The notes beneath the pieces are model-generated. The model saw only the letters and a list, made by a program, of their open reading frames with translations. It was not told where the DNA came from and made no database searches. Made by a program: the position numbers and the translations under genes. Of a DNA stretch of 64,000 bases, positions 48,133-57,254 are shown piece by piece (positions within the stretch are counted from its first letter, which is position 1; every line of letters begins with the position of its first letter). The DNA comes from Alphaproteobacteria bacterium UBA6411 (GTDB lineage Bacteria; Pseudomonadota; Alphaproteobacteria; CAAGCB01; CAG-977): positions 2,492-66,491 of the forward strand of contig DJPN01000022.1 in assembly GCA_002438565.1 (NCBI GenBank), read 5' to 3'.

Positions 48133-48585
48133 TTAGCGCGAACGCATGCGGTTCGCAATCGCCGCCTGAACGGCTTTGTTGGGTTCCGCTTTCTTTTCGG
48201 CGGAAACGTCGCGATGGGTCATGCCGCCGCTCGGATTGCCGAAAGCCGCATACAATTCGCCCGCTTCTTTCCAGAACGATTTTTTGGGTTCATCCTTTTT
48301 CGGTTCGGCTTTGGCGGGTTCGGCCGTTTTTGCCGTTTCCTGTGCGGGAACGTCGCGGTGCGTCATACCGCCGCCCGGATTACCAAAAGCCGCGTACAAT
48401 TCGCCGGCTTCTTTCCACAGGGATTTTTTGGGTTCGGCTTTTTCCTTTTTGGGTTCGGCCTTGGCTTCGGGAGCTTTTTCAGCTTTGTCCGCCGGCATAT
48501 CGCTGTGCGTCATGCCGCCGCTCGGATTGCCGAAACGGGCGTACAAATCGGCGACTTTGCCCCAGAACGATTTTTTTTCTTCCAT
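48133..48585 (-). CDS. Hypothetical protein built of three ~48-aa tandem repeats
   Basis: 150 aa, with 3 copies of KKSFW(K/G)(E/K)(A/V)(G/A)(E/D)LYA(A/R)FGNP(S/G)GGMTH(R/S)D(V/M) separated by AEPKK-rich linkers. I recognised no family. Confidence 0.65.
   Translation of the reverse strand: MEEKKSFWGKVADLYARFGNPSGGMTHSDMPADKAEKAPEAKAEPKKEKAEPKKSLWKEAGELYAAFGNPGGGMTHRDVPAQETAKTAEPAKAEPKKDEPKKSFWKEAGELYAAFGNPSGGMTHRDVSAEKKAEPNKAVQAAIANRMRSR
48200..48580 (-). repeat. Three in-frame tandem DNA repeats of ~148-150 bp (coding)
   Basis: Compare CATGCCGCCGCTCGGATTGCCGAAAGCCGC (48.21 kb), CATACCGCCGCCCGGATTACCAAAAGCCGC (48.36 kb) and CATGCCGCCGCTCGGATTGCCGAAACGGGC (48.51 kb). Confidence 0.8.
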
Positions 48586-48682
48586 AACGCTTCTCCTACC
48601 AGAAAATCTGTTGAATTTTCTTTATCCTTGCACGTTTTTTCCTTTTTGTCAATTTTTTCTTCTAAAAAAGACAAAAAAGTTT

Positions 48683-49045
48683 TTACGCTTTAACAGCGAC
48701 CTCGTAAGCGCGTTCAATCATATCCATAACGTCGTCTTCGGACGTTTCTGCGTTTTCCGATTTGGCATAAGCGGTCAAAGCTTTGTCCAACATGTCAATG
48801 CTTTTCAAAACATTGGTTTCAATGACCAGAATTTTGGAAACGCCCGCCAAGTCTTTCATCACGTCTTCGTCGATTTGCGTCAGCAGAATGTCGCCCTTCG
48901 GAGAACGTTGGAAATGCAGGGTTGTCGCGTCTTTTTTCGTCAAAACGGGTTTTTCCGGCTCGCCTTCAAACGCGGGCAAAAACACGGAAATCATCCCCGC
49001 TTCGTTTTTTACAAACTGAGGGGACGGCAATTCGTTAATATCCAT
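48683..49045 (-). CDS. Hypothetical 120-aa acidic protein
   Basis: The ATG at 49045 has GAAGGAG 8 nt upstream; the track start at 49051 is TTG. I recognised no family. Confidence 0.5.
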   Translation of the reverse strand: MDINELPSPQFVKNEAGMISVFLPAFEGEPEKPVLTKKDATTLHFQRSPKGDILLTQIDEDVMKDLAGVSKILVIETNVLKSIDMLDKALTAYAKSENAETSEDDVMDMIERAYEVAVKA

Positions 49046-49083
49046 TTTCAAACTCCTTCGGTTGAATTTTTAACCAAGTATAC

Positions 49084-49114
49084 AAAAAAGCCCTTGTCGA
49101 AACAAGGGCTTTTC
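49084..49114 (-). terminator. Rho-independent terminator of secF
   Basis: AGCCCTTGT-CGAA-ACAAGGGCT; on the minus strand it is followed by T6. Confidence 0.75.
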
Positions 49115-49127
49115 GTCATCCGAATGT

Positions 49128-50063
49128 TTAACCCGCGTGTTCAAACGGGTTGACGTTTTCGTTGTGGCTTTCCATCGTTTTGCGGATGTCCAGATACATC
49201 AGCACGGGCATCGCGACGTAAATCGACGAATACGTGCCGACGATAATGCCCCACAGCATAATCAAGGCAAAGCCCTGCAGCACCGAACCGCCCATGAACA
49301 GCATCACAACCAGCATGATAATGGTCGACATGCCCGTCAGCAAAGTGCGCGGCAACATTTCGTTGGTTGTTTTGTTAATCATTTCGTCAATCGGCATTTT
49401 GCGGTATTTGCGCAGATTTTCGCGCATGCGGTCATAGGAAACAATGGTGTCGTTGACGGAAAATCCCGCCAGCGTCATCAGTCCCGCGATAATCGTCATG
49501 TCGAAATCCAGCCGGAACACGGAAAACAGACCGACGGCAATGATGATGTCGTGAATCAGCGACAGCATTGTTCCCAGCGCGAATTCCCATTCAAAGCGCG
49601 TCCAAACATAGGCGGTAATCATCAGTCCCGCCAGAATGACCGCCCAAATGCAGTTGCGGATAAGCTCCGCGCCCACACGGGGGCCGACCATTTCAACGCG
49701 GCGGATGGTATATTCGTCGCCCAGTTTTTCACGAATGACGGACGAGATTTTCATCTGTTCCTTTTCATTGTCGCCGCGTCCCAAAGCGGTAATCAAAGCT
49801 TCCGTTCCCTGTTCGCCGACAGGCTGCAAATCGACGCCGAGATCGTCCAGTTTCGCGCGCAGATCTTTCATGTCGATTTTCTGTTCGGCTTGGACTTCCA
49901 TCAATACGCCGCCCTTAAAGTCGATGCCCAAATTCATGCCTTGGGTGCAAATCGACACAATCGACACAATCATCATCAACAGCGAAAACACAAATGCGAT
50001 TTTGCGCGCGCCGATAAAGTTAATGTGCGTCGGTTTAATGAAATAATGAATCAGTCTAGGCAT
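49128..50063 (-). CDS. secF: Protein translocase subunit SecF
   Basis: 311 aa, with NFIGARKIAF, GIDFKGG and six TM segments. Confidence 0.93.
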   Translation of the reverse strand: MPRLIHYFIKPTHINFIGARKIAFVFSLLMMIVSIVSICTQGMNLGIDFKGGVLMEVQAEQKIDMKDLRAKLDDLGVDLQPVGEQGTEALITALGRGDNEKEQMKISSVIREKLGDEYTIRRVEMVGPRVGAELIRNCIWAVILAGLMITAYVWTRFEWEFALGTMLSLIHDIIIAVGLFSVFRLDFDMTIIAGLMTLAGFSVNDTIVSYDRMRENLRKYRKMPIDEMINKTTNEMLPRTLLTGMSTIIMLVVMLFMGGSVLQGFALIMLWGIIVGTYSSIYVAMPVLMYLDIRKTMESHNENVNPFEHAG

Positions 50064-50075
50064 TTCACATTCTCC

Positions 50076-51635
50076 TTACACATTGATTCTTTGCGGCTTT
50101 GTGAGCTTCACCCACGCCAAAATCAGCACTTTTGTCACATAAACGGCCGTAAACACGGACGTCACCAAACCCAAACAGGTGGTAACACCGAACCCGCGGA
50201 CAGGGCCGTTGCCCAGCCAAATCAAAATCAACCCCGCAAACAAGCTGGTCAAGTTTGAATCGAAAATCGCGGACGAAGCGTTTTCAAATCCCGCTTCAAT
50301 CGTGTTCAAAACGGATTTGCCGTAGCCCTGTTCTTCACGCATGCGTTCGTAAATCAAAACGTTTGCGTCGACCGCCATGCCCAACGTCAGAGCAATACCC
50401 GCAATTCCGGGCAAAGTCAGCGTCGCGCCCAGCGCGCTCATCGCGCCGCACAGCAGCAGCAGGTTCAGCACCAAAGCGATATCGGCGAACAAGCCGAACA
50501 GCCCGTAAGTCGCGACCACGAACAACAGCACCAGCACCATGCCGACCACGCAGGATTTTTTGCCCGCGTCAATCGAATCGGTTCCCAGTCCGGGACCGAC
50601 GATGCGTTCTTCAACGACTTCCAGCGGCGCGGGCAAAGCGCCCGAACGCAGCATCAGCGCCAAATCGTTCGCGCTTTGAACCGTAAAGCTGCCCGTGATA
50701 ATGCCCGAACCGCCCGTAATCGCGGATTTGACTTCGGGCGCGGTAATCACTTTGCCGTCCAAAACAATCGCCAAACGGCGGCCGACATTGTCGCGCGTCG
50801 CCGTTCCGAAACGTTTTGCGCCGAACGAATTGAAACGGAAAGCGACAACGGCTTCCGCCCCTTGGAAATCGGCGCGGGCATCGGTCAGATGTTCGCCGCC
50901 GACAATGGATTTGCGTTCAATGACATAAAACGCGGCGGAAGCGTCCTCGTCCCCCGGAACGACTTTGGAATCGGGGGCGATTTTGCCGCGGCGGGCGTCT
51001 TCGACACTGGTCTTTTCATCAACGAAATGGAACGACATCTTCGCCGTTTTGCCCAGCAGTTTTTTGACTTCGTTCGGGTCTTCCACACCGGGCAGCTGAA
51101 CTTGGATACGGTCGGAGCCTTGACGCATAATCGACGGTTCGCGCGTTCCCAGCTGATCAATACGGCGGCGGACGATTTCAATCGACTGGTCAACCGCGGA
51201 CGCTTTCATTTTCAGCAAAGCCTGTTCGGTAAAGCGAACGGACAGCATGTCGCCGTTTTCCGCAACGTCCAGATTGCCCTTGTCGATTTTGCGAATCAGC
51301 TCTTTGGCTTTGGCGATTTGTTCGTCATTGACGATTTTGACCGTCAAAGCGTCGTCTTTGACAGACAGATTCGTATAGCGCACGTTCTTTTCGCGCAAAG
51401 CGATGCGGGCGGCGTCCATGACCGCGCTCAGCTGATCCTTGACCACTTGATCCAAGTCGACCTGCAGCAACAGCTGAGAACCGCCCTGCAAGTCCAAACC
51501 CAACGTCATCGGCTGCCACCATTCGGGCAGTTTGTCCTGCTGCGCCTTGGGAATAAAGTTGGGGACGGCGAAAAACACGCCGACCGCCGTGATTATTCCG
51601 ATTAAGGCGACTTTCCATTTCGGATAGTTAAACAT
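50076..51635 (-). CDS. secD: Protein translocase subunit SecD
   Basis: 519 aa, with LGLDLQGG, a large periplasmic domain, and the C-terminal TM bundle with LTLPGIAGI. Confidence 0.93.
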   Translation of the reverse strand: MFNYPKWKVALIGIITAVGVFFAVPNFIPKAQQDKLPEWWQPMTLGLDLQGGSQLLLQVDLDQVVKDQLSAVMDAARIALREKNVRYTNLSVKDDALTVKIVNDEQIAKAKELIRKIDKGNLDVAENGDMLSVRFTEQALLKMKASAVDQSIEIVRRRIDQLGTREPSIMRQGSDRIQVQLPGVEDPNEVKKLLGKTAKMSFHFVDEKTSVEDARRGKIAPDSKVVPGDEDASAAFYVIERKSIVGGEHLTDARADFQGAEAVVAFRFNSFGAKRFGTATRDNVGRRLAIVLDGKVITAPEVKSAITGGSGIITGSFTVQSANDLALMLRSGALPAPLEVVEERIVGPGLGTDSIDAGKKSCVVGMVLVLLFVVATYGLFGLFADIALVLNLLLLCGAMSALGATLTLPGIAGIALTLGMAVDANVLIYERMREEQGYGKSVLNTIEAGFENASSAIFDSNLTSLFAGLILIWLGNGPVRGFGVTTCLGLVTSVFTAVYVTKVLILAWVKLTKPQRINV

Positions 51636-51647
51636 AGATATTCCCTT

Positions 51648-52064
51648 TTATTTTTTCGTCAAAAGGTCTTTCAAGCCTTCACCGCCTTTTCTGGCGTTGT
51701 CGTTGGCCTGTTCGTCTTTCAAAAAGTCTTTGTCGACCGCTTCGGCGCGTTTGGCCAAAATACGGTCGCGCACCACGACGACACGCACGCCGTCCGCAAT
51801 TTCGACCAGCAAATCATTCGCGTTCGACCGAATGACTTTGCCGACGATTCCGCCGTTTGTGATGACGGTGTCCCCGCGTGCGACGGTCGACTGCATCGTC
51901 ATGTGTTCTTTCATCTTTTTCTGCTGAGGGCGAATCAAAAAGAAGTAGAACACGACGAAAATGACCAGAAATTGGAACAAAATCCGCAAAGGATTGGCGG
52001 CGGCCATTGCCGGATCGGCGGCGACGGCGGCGGCTTCCTGTGCAAAAGCGGGATTGATAAGCAT
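51648..52064 (-). CDS. yajC: Preprotein translocase subunit YajC
   Basis: FVVFYFFLIRPQQKKMKEH ... GDTVITNGGIVGKV is the YajC signature. It carries a longer C-terminal tail than usual. Confidence 0.85.
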   Translation of the reverse strand: MLINPAFAQEAAAVAADPAMAAANPLRILFQFLVIFVVFYFFLIRPQQKKMKEHMTMQSTVARGDTVITNGGIVGKVIRSNANDLLVEIADGVRVVVVRDRILAKRAEAVDKDFLKDEQANDNARKGGEGLKDLLTKK

Positions 52065-52189
52065 ACAAAAACTCCGTTTGTTAAAAAATATTTAAACGAA
52101 GTATAAAGCGATTTGTCGGGATTGCAATCATAAAAGCAAAAAAACAGCCCGAACCCCATAAGTCCGAGCCGCTTTTACCCCGACGGCGG

Positions 52190-53113
52190 TTACCGCCCGC
52201 CGTTTGCCAAGGCTTTTGCCACCGCGGGATTGACCTGTTGCCGTTTCGGCGGTTCAACATTGCCGTTTGCGTCGCGGACATAGAAGTAATCCGCCGACGT
52301 TTTGATTTTCGACCGGCCGAACAGCTTTAAAGCGTGGCGGATATGACCGCGCTCGATTTCAGCCGCGCTCTTCGCCGTTTTTTCCGAAACGGTGTTTGCG
52401 CGGGCGGAAGCGAAAAACGCTTCATCGACATAGCCGAATTCCTGCGACAGCTGTTTGGGCGTGATTTCTTTCTTGTACGCGCCCGAATACAGCTTGCCCA
52501 TTTCCATAAAACCGACCACGGAACGGTCATAATTTTCGACATACGACGCATGGTCGTACCACGCTTTGAACGCTTCGGATTTGGCTTTGTCCGCGTCCTT
52601 GTCCTTTTCAAAGGAAGCCTCATACGCTTTCATCATTCCGCCGTGGCGGCTGCAAAAAGCGGCGTAAGTATCGGGTTCGGCTTTGCGCATCTGATAAACG
52701 GCGGCGCATTCGTGCGCCATGGCGTCGGCTTCCAAAGCGCGGACTTCTGCGACATTGGAATACACGCTGTACGAATGGTCGCGTATCGGATTTTGTTCGG
52801 AATGGCGGCATTCGTGAACAATGGTGGACAGCAGTTTTTCATCGGGAGCTTTTTCGTCCAAAGCGACATACTTGACCGACGGCGTGTACACGCCCAAACA
52901 GTTGCCCATATCCCCGTCAATCCCGATGCAAATGCCGCGCTCAATAGCGGATTCGACGATTTTTTTGCCCAAAGGCGACGCTTTGCAAATGCGGGCAAGC
53001 AGTTTTTCGACACGTTCGGCGCGCGCGGCTTCGCGTTTTTCAACGGCGGCTTTGTCCTCGCGCGATTGGTCAATCGTCGTCATAAAAGCCCCTGAAACAC
53101 AAATCACCGTCAT
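52190..53113 (-). CDS. Putative HExxH zinc metallopeptidase-like protein
   Basis: The ATG at 53113 has GGAGGA 8 nt upstream. It contains STIVHECRHSEQ (HExxH). The family is not recognised with confidence. Confidence 0.45.
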   Translation of the reverse strand: MTVICVSGAFMTTIDQSREDKAAVEKREAARAERVEKLLARICKASPLGKKIVESAIERGICIGIDGDMGNCLGVYTPSVKYVALDEKAPDEKLLSTIVHECRHSEQNPIRDHSYSVYSNVAEVRALEADAMAHECAAVYQMRKAEPDTYAAFCSRHGGMMKAYEASFEKDKDADKAKSEAFKAWYDHASYVENYDRSVVGFMEMGKLYSGAYKKEITPKQLSQEFGYVDEAFFASARANTVSEKTAKSAAEIERGHIRHALKLFGRSKIKTSADYFYVRDANGNVEPPKRQQVNPAVAKALANGGR

Positions 53114-53254
53114 CGGCAAATCCTCCAATTTTGTTTAAATTCAAAGTTACCACACTTCTTTTGGACAAAAAAGCTTTTTTTGCAAAATTTTTAAACCTTG
53201 CCTTTTGATTAAAAACGCCTAAATTGATTCAAACGAACATCGGGGGACACGATC

Positions 53255-54517
53255 ATGACCAAAAAGCTGTATTTGACGGACGCGCAACTGAAATCCGAAA
53301 CGGAGCGGTGCTTGAACTGTCCCGAAAAACCGTGCAAAAAAGCCTGCCCCGCGAACTGTTCCCCCGCCGATTTCATCCAAGCGGCGAAACCGCGGACAAA
53401 TGAAAGCTATGTCAAAGCCGCCGAGGAAATTCTGAAAGCCAACCCGCTGGGGCAAATGTGCGGGCTGACCTGCCCCGACCGTTTTTGCATGGCGGCCTGT
53501 TCGCGAAAAAATCTGGATTCTTCCATCCGTATCCCCGCCGTCCAAGCCGCTCTGCTGGAAAAAGCGCGCAAGCTGGGCGGAGTTTCGGCGCCCGCCCCTG
53601 TTGCTCCGAACGGCAAAAACGTTGCAATCGTCGGCGCGGGACCAGCGGGCATGGCGGCCGCCGCCGTTCTGGCGCGCAAAGGATACAGCATCACTTTGTT
53701 TGAAGCGGCGAACAAGGTCGGAGGCGCGGCGAAACTGATTCCCGAAGCGCGCCTGCCGCAGGAAGTCACGGAAAAGGATTGGAATTATATCAAAACCTTC
53801 GGCGACATCACGCTGACGCTGAACCACCGCGTTGCAAACCCCGTCGATTTGCTCAAAGACGGTTATGACGGCGTCATTGTCGCGGTCGGCGAGCCTCATT
53901 CCGCAAAAATGGGCATCCCCGGCGAAGAATTGGCGGTTTCCTTTATGGATTATCTGAAAGCCCCCGAAAATTACGCTTCCGCGGGAAACGTCGCCGTTTT
54001 GGGCGGCGGCGCGGTTGCGACGGACTGCGCGATTACAGCAAAAACGAACGGCGCCGAAAATGTCGAAATGTTCGTTCGCCGGCGCGTGTGCGATATGCGG
54101 CTGACAGCTGAAGAACGGTCTTGGCTGATGGACAATCAAATCGACATCACATCCATGACCCGCGTTGAAAAGATTGAAAAAACGGGCGACACCTACACGC
54201 TTTACACCTGCAAAACGCGCTTTAACGGCACAAAGCTGGAGGACATTCCCGAAACCACCGTCAAACGCCCCGATTTCGCGCACGTCATTATGGCTGTGGG
54301 ATCGAAAGCCGACCCGAAAACCGAAGCCGCCAAAGTCGTCTATGCGGGCGACTGCAATCACGGCGGGTCAACGATTGTCGAAGCGGTCGCTTCGGGCAAA
54401 AACGCGGCGAACGAACTGCATGCGGCTTTGACGGGCGAAATCGAGGAAATCGCCTGCCCCGTCAGCAAAATCGTAACCTACAAAGCCAAATCCTGCACAA
54501 TCGTCGAAGGCGTTTAA
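53255..54517 (+). CDS. GltD/PreT-like NAD(P)H-dependent Fe-S flavoprotein oxidoreductase
   Basis: 420 aa. Cys clusters CLNCPEKPCKKACP and CGLTCPDRFCMAAC are present. VAIVGAGPAGMAAA and VAVLGGGAVA are dinucleotide folds. The long minus ORF 53219..54361 is its shadow. Confidence 0.75.
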   Translation: MTKKLYLTDAQLKSETERCLNCPEKPCKKACPANCSPADFIQAAKPRTNESYVKAAEEILKANPLGQMCGLTCPDRFCMAACSRKNLDSSIRIPAVQAALLEKARKLGGVSAPAPVAPNGKNVAIVGAGPAGMAAAAVLARKGYSITLFEAANKVGGAAKLIPEARLPQEVTEKDWNYIKTFGDITLTLNHRVANPVDLLKDGYDGVIVAVGEPHSAKMGIPGEELAVSFMDYLKAPENYASAGNVAVLGGGAVATDCAITAKTNGAENVEMFVRRRVCDMRLTAEERSWLMDNQIDITSMTRVEKIEKTGDTYTLYTCKTRFNGTKLEDIPETTVKRPDFAHVIMAVGSKADPKTEAAKVVYAGDCNHGGSTIVEAVASGKNAANELHAALTGEIEEIACPVSKIVTYKAKSCTIVEGV

Positions 54518-54520
54518 CGC

Positions 54521-54546
54521 AAAGGCGGAGAAAACTCCCCGCCTTT
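54521..54546. terminator. Hairpin between convergent genes
   Basis: AAAGGCGG (54521-54528) / CCGCCTTT (54539-54546) with a 10-nt loop. Confidence 0.55.
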
Positions 54547-54550
54547 AATA

Positions 54551-55591
54551 TCATTTCAAAGCATTTTTGAAAAACCGTTCCAGCTTGTCAAACGGTATCA
54601 AATCAACCCTGTCATACAAATCGACATGCCCCGCGTTCGGAACGATGACCAGCTCTTTTGGTTGCGCCGCTTTGGCGTAAGCGTCTTGACTGAATTCAAT
54701 CGAATGAGCGTTTTCCCCTGCGATAAACATCATCGGACGCGGAGAAATCGTTTCAATGTCGTTGAACGGATAAAAGTTCATAAACTTCGTGTTTGACGCC
54801 AAAGTCGGATGCGTCGTCGTCAAATCCGTCGCCCCTTTCGGAGTGAATTCGCCGCGTTTTGTACGGTAAAAGCCGTAAAATTCGCGTTCGACGGGGGACG
54901 ATTTGTCCGTCAATTTATGCACCGTCCCGCCTGTATACGCTGTCTTTGCGCCTTTGAATTCGGCTTCGCGCTGTTTTATTGACGCCGCAATGATTTCTTT
55001 GCGCTGTTCAAGGGATACGCCTTTGCGCAACCCGTTGCGGGACGCCGCCCCCATGTCGTACATGCTGACCGTGGCGACCGCTTTCAGCCGCGGGTCGATT
55101 TTGGCTTCGCTGACGGCGAAACTGCCCGACCCGCAAATGCCGATAACGCCGATTTTGTCAGCATCGACATCGTTTCTGGTTGACAAATAGTCCGCCGCCG
55201 CACTGAACGCGTCCGCATAGATTTCGGGCGACACGTTGTTGCGCGGCAATCCGCCGCTTTCGCCCCAAAACGGCAAATCAACCGCCAAAGTCACAAAACC
55301 TTTTTCCGCCATTTTTTGCGCATACAGCTGAGCGGACTGTTCCTTGACCGCGCCCATCGGATGCCCGACAATCAAAGCGGGCAGTTTCGCGGTTTGATTT
55401 TCGGGCGCATACAGCCTGCCCGCCACGGTCATGTTGTACATATTTTTGAATTCGACCTTTTCCGATTTCAAAACGTCGCTTTTGTAAAAGTTGTCCGCGC
55501 CATTCGGAATATCCGTGTTTTTGGCGGAAACAGGCGCGGAAAACAAAGCGGTCAGCAACAAAGGAAAAATCTTTTTCTTGCACAGTTTCAT
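54551..55591 (-). CDS. Secreted alpha/beta-fold hydrolase
   Basis: The ATG at 55591 follows AAGGAGG. There is a signal peptide MKLCKKKIFPLLLTALFSAPVSA. The layout is dienelactone-hydrolase-like, with IGVIGICGSGSF and GHVDLYD. Confidence 0.6.
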   Translation of the reverse strand: MKLCKKKIFPLLLTALFSAPVSAKNTDIPNGADNFYKSDVLKSEKVEFKNMYNMTVAGRLYAPENQTAKLPALIVGHPMGAVKEQSAQLYAQKMAEKGFVTLAVDLPFWGESGGLPRNNVSPEIYADAFSAAADYLSTRNDVDADKIGVIGICGSGSFAVSEAKIDPRLKAVATVSMYDMGAASRNGLRKGVSLEQRKEIIAASIKQREAEFKGAKTAYTGGTVHKLTDKSSPVEREFYGFYRTKRGEFTPKGATDLTTTHPTLASNTKFMNFYPFNDIETISPRPMMFIAGENAHSIEFSQDAYAKAAQPKELVIVPNAGHVDLYDRVDLIPFDKLERFFKNALK

Positions 55592-55707
55592 TTGAAACCT
55601 CCTTGTTTGTTTCATTCTGATTTTTATGGTAAGGGCGTTTTTTTGCAATAGCAAATACTTATATTGTATGTTATATTATGCTTTAAAAGCATAATAAAGG
55701 AAGCTCT

Positions 55708-56616
55708 ATGGAATTTCGGGTTTTACGGTATTTTCTGGCAATCGCGCGCGAAGGCAGCTACACCAAAGCGGCGCAAAGTTTGAATGTAACCCAGCCGACT
55801 TTGTCGCGGCAAATCAAAGATCTTGAAGCCGAATTGGGGCAGCCGCTGTTTGTCCGTTCGGCGCACGCCGTAACGCTGACGGCGGCGGGATATGTCCTGC
55901 GCAAGCGCGCCGAGGAAATTTTGGATATAGTCGGCAAAACCAAAGCCGACTTTTCAAGCGCCGACGACGTTTCGGGGGATGTGTACATCGGCGGCGGCGA
56001 AACGCAGGGCATGCGGTTGATTGCCGCCGTCATCGCCGATTTGCGCCGCGATTTTCCCGACATTCGTTTTCATCTGCACAGCGGCAACGCCGAAGACATA
56101 ACCGAAAGACTGGACAAAGGATTGTTGGATTTCGGCGTTCTGATTCAGCCGACGGATTTGTCAAAATACGCTTCGTTGTCTTTGCCCGTCAAAGACGTTT
56201 GGGGCGTGCTGATGAACAAAAATCACCCCTTGGCGCAAAAAGAACGCGTTTTTTCCGACGATTTAACCGGAATACCCTTGCTGTGTTCAAAACAGCTGAT
56301 TCAAAAACGTGAAACGGACAGCCTTTTCAAAAGCTTGTTCGGTGCGAATTTTGAAAAAATGAATATTATCGCCACTTACAACCTGTTATTCAACGCCGCT
56401 TTGCTGGCAGAGCGGAATGTCGGCTGTGTCCTCTGTCTGGACGGACTGGTTGATACAATGGCGGTTGAAAACATTGTATTCCGCCCCTTGTCCCCGACGG
56501 TTGAATCGGGATTGGACGTCGTCTGGAAAAAAGGTCAAATCTTTTCCCCCGCCGCCGCGCTGTTTTTGAACCGCTTGCGGGAAACAATCGCGCTTCAACA
56601 AACGACTTGCGTTTGA
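55708..56616 (+). CDS. LysR-family transcriptional regulator
   Basis: MEFRVLRYFLAIAREGSYTKAAQSLNVTQPTLSRQIKDLE. It is divergent from the hydrolase gene. Confidence 0.9.
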   Translation: MEFRVLRYFLAIAREGSYTKAAQSLNVTQPTLSRQIKDLEAELGQPLFVRSAHAVTLTAAGYVLRKRAEEILDIVGKTKADFSSADDVSGDVYIGGGETQGMRLIAAVIADLRRDFPDIRFHLHSGNAEDITERLDKGLLDFGVLIQPTDLSKYASLSLPVKDVWGVLMNKNHPLAQKERVFSDDLTGIPLLCSKQLIQKRETDSLFKSLFGANFEKMNIIATYNLLFNAALLAERNVGCVLCLDGLVDTMAVENIVFRPLSPTVESGLDVVWKKGQIFSPAAALFLNRLRETIALQQTTCV

Positions 56617-57254
56617 ATATCGGCGGCGTTCGCGTATTTTTTCAGCAGTTCCGCCAGATTGTCCAGCCAAGTTTGCAGTTCGTCCGCTCCGTCGAACGCG
56701 TAAATCACATACAGCAGATTTTTGCGTCCGCCCGCCGTTATCATCGTGCGGCGGCTGTCCGAAGTCGGATTGCCGAACACGCTTTCGTCGTCGTACAAAG
56801 CGGGCAAGTGCTCAATATTCAGAACGTCTTTGCCGATGCCTTTGTACTGTTCACCGTCGGGCGCGCGCTTCCAAACGATTTGCCCTTTGATTGCCGCGCG
56901 ATCGTAAGACCCCAGCGAATACCCCGACGCGACGGAAATCATATTGTTGATGTCAACGGCGTTGTTGATGCGGTACAGCCCGTTTCCTTTGGCGATGCGG
57001 CGCAGCATCGCTTCGGCGGAGTTGCGGTATTTCAGCGGGTCTTTGCCCAAAGCCTTGTACGCTTTGCGGGTCGCGGCGACATGCGGATTTTGCGCCACTT
57101 TTTCCAGCGTGTAATCGTCCTGCATCGCGTTGATTGTTTCATCAAAATCCGCCAGCAAATCCGCCGGGCTTTCGGCGACATCCGCCGAACACGTCAAAAT
57201 CCCCAAAGCCGCTTCGGGAACAGCGGCTGAAATTGTTGTATCAATCCGAATCAT
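56595..57254 (-). CDS. B3/B4 tRNA-binding-domain protein
   Basis: 219 aa. RKAYKALGKDP..YRNSAEAMLRRI ... INNAVDINN resembles the PheT B3_4 domain family of stand-alone proteins. Confidence 0.6.
   Translation of the reverse strand: MIRIDTTISAAVPEAALGILTCSADVAESPADLLADFDETINAMQDDYTLEKVAQNPHVAATRKAYKALGKDPLKYRNSAEAMLRRIAKGNGLYRINNAVDINNMISVASGYSLGSYDRAAIKGQIVWKRAPDGEQYKGIGKDVLNIEHLPALYDDESVFGNPTSDSRRTMITAGGRKNLLYVIYAFDGADELQTWLDNLAELLKKYANAADIQTQVVC

Noticed and set aside
48200-48580. The ~150-bp tandem DNA repeats as a possible CRISPR array or non-coding satellite.
   Set aside because: The period is far too long for CRISPR. The repeats are contiguous without unique spacers, and they are in frame within a 150-aa ORF encoding three protein repeats.
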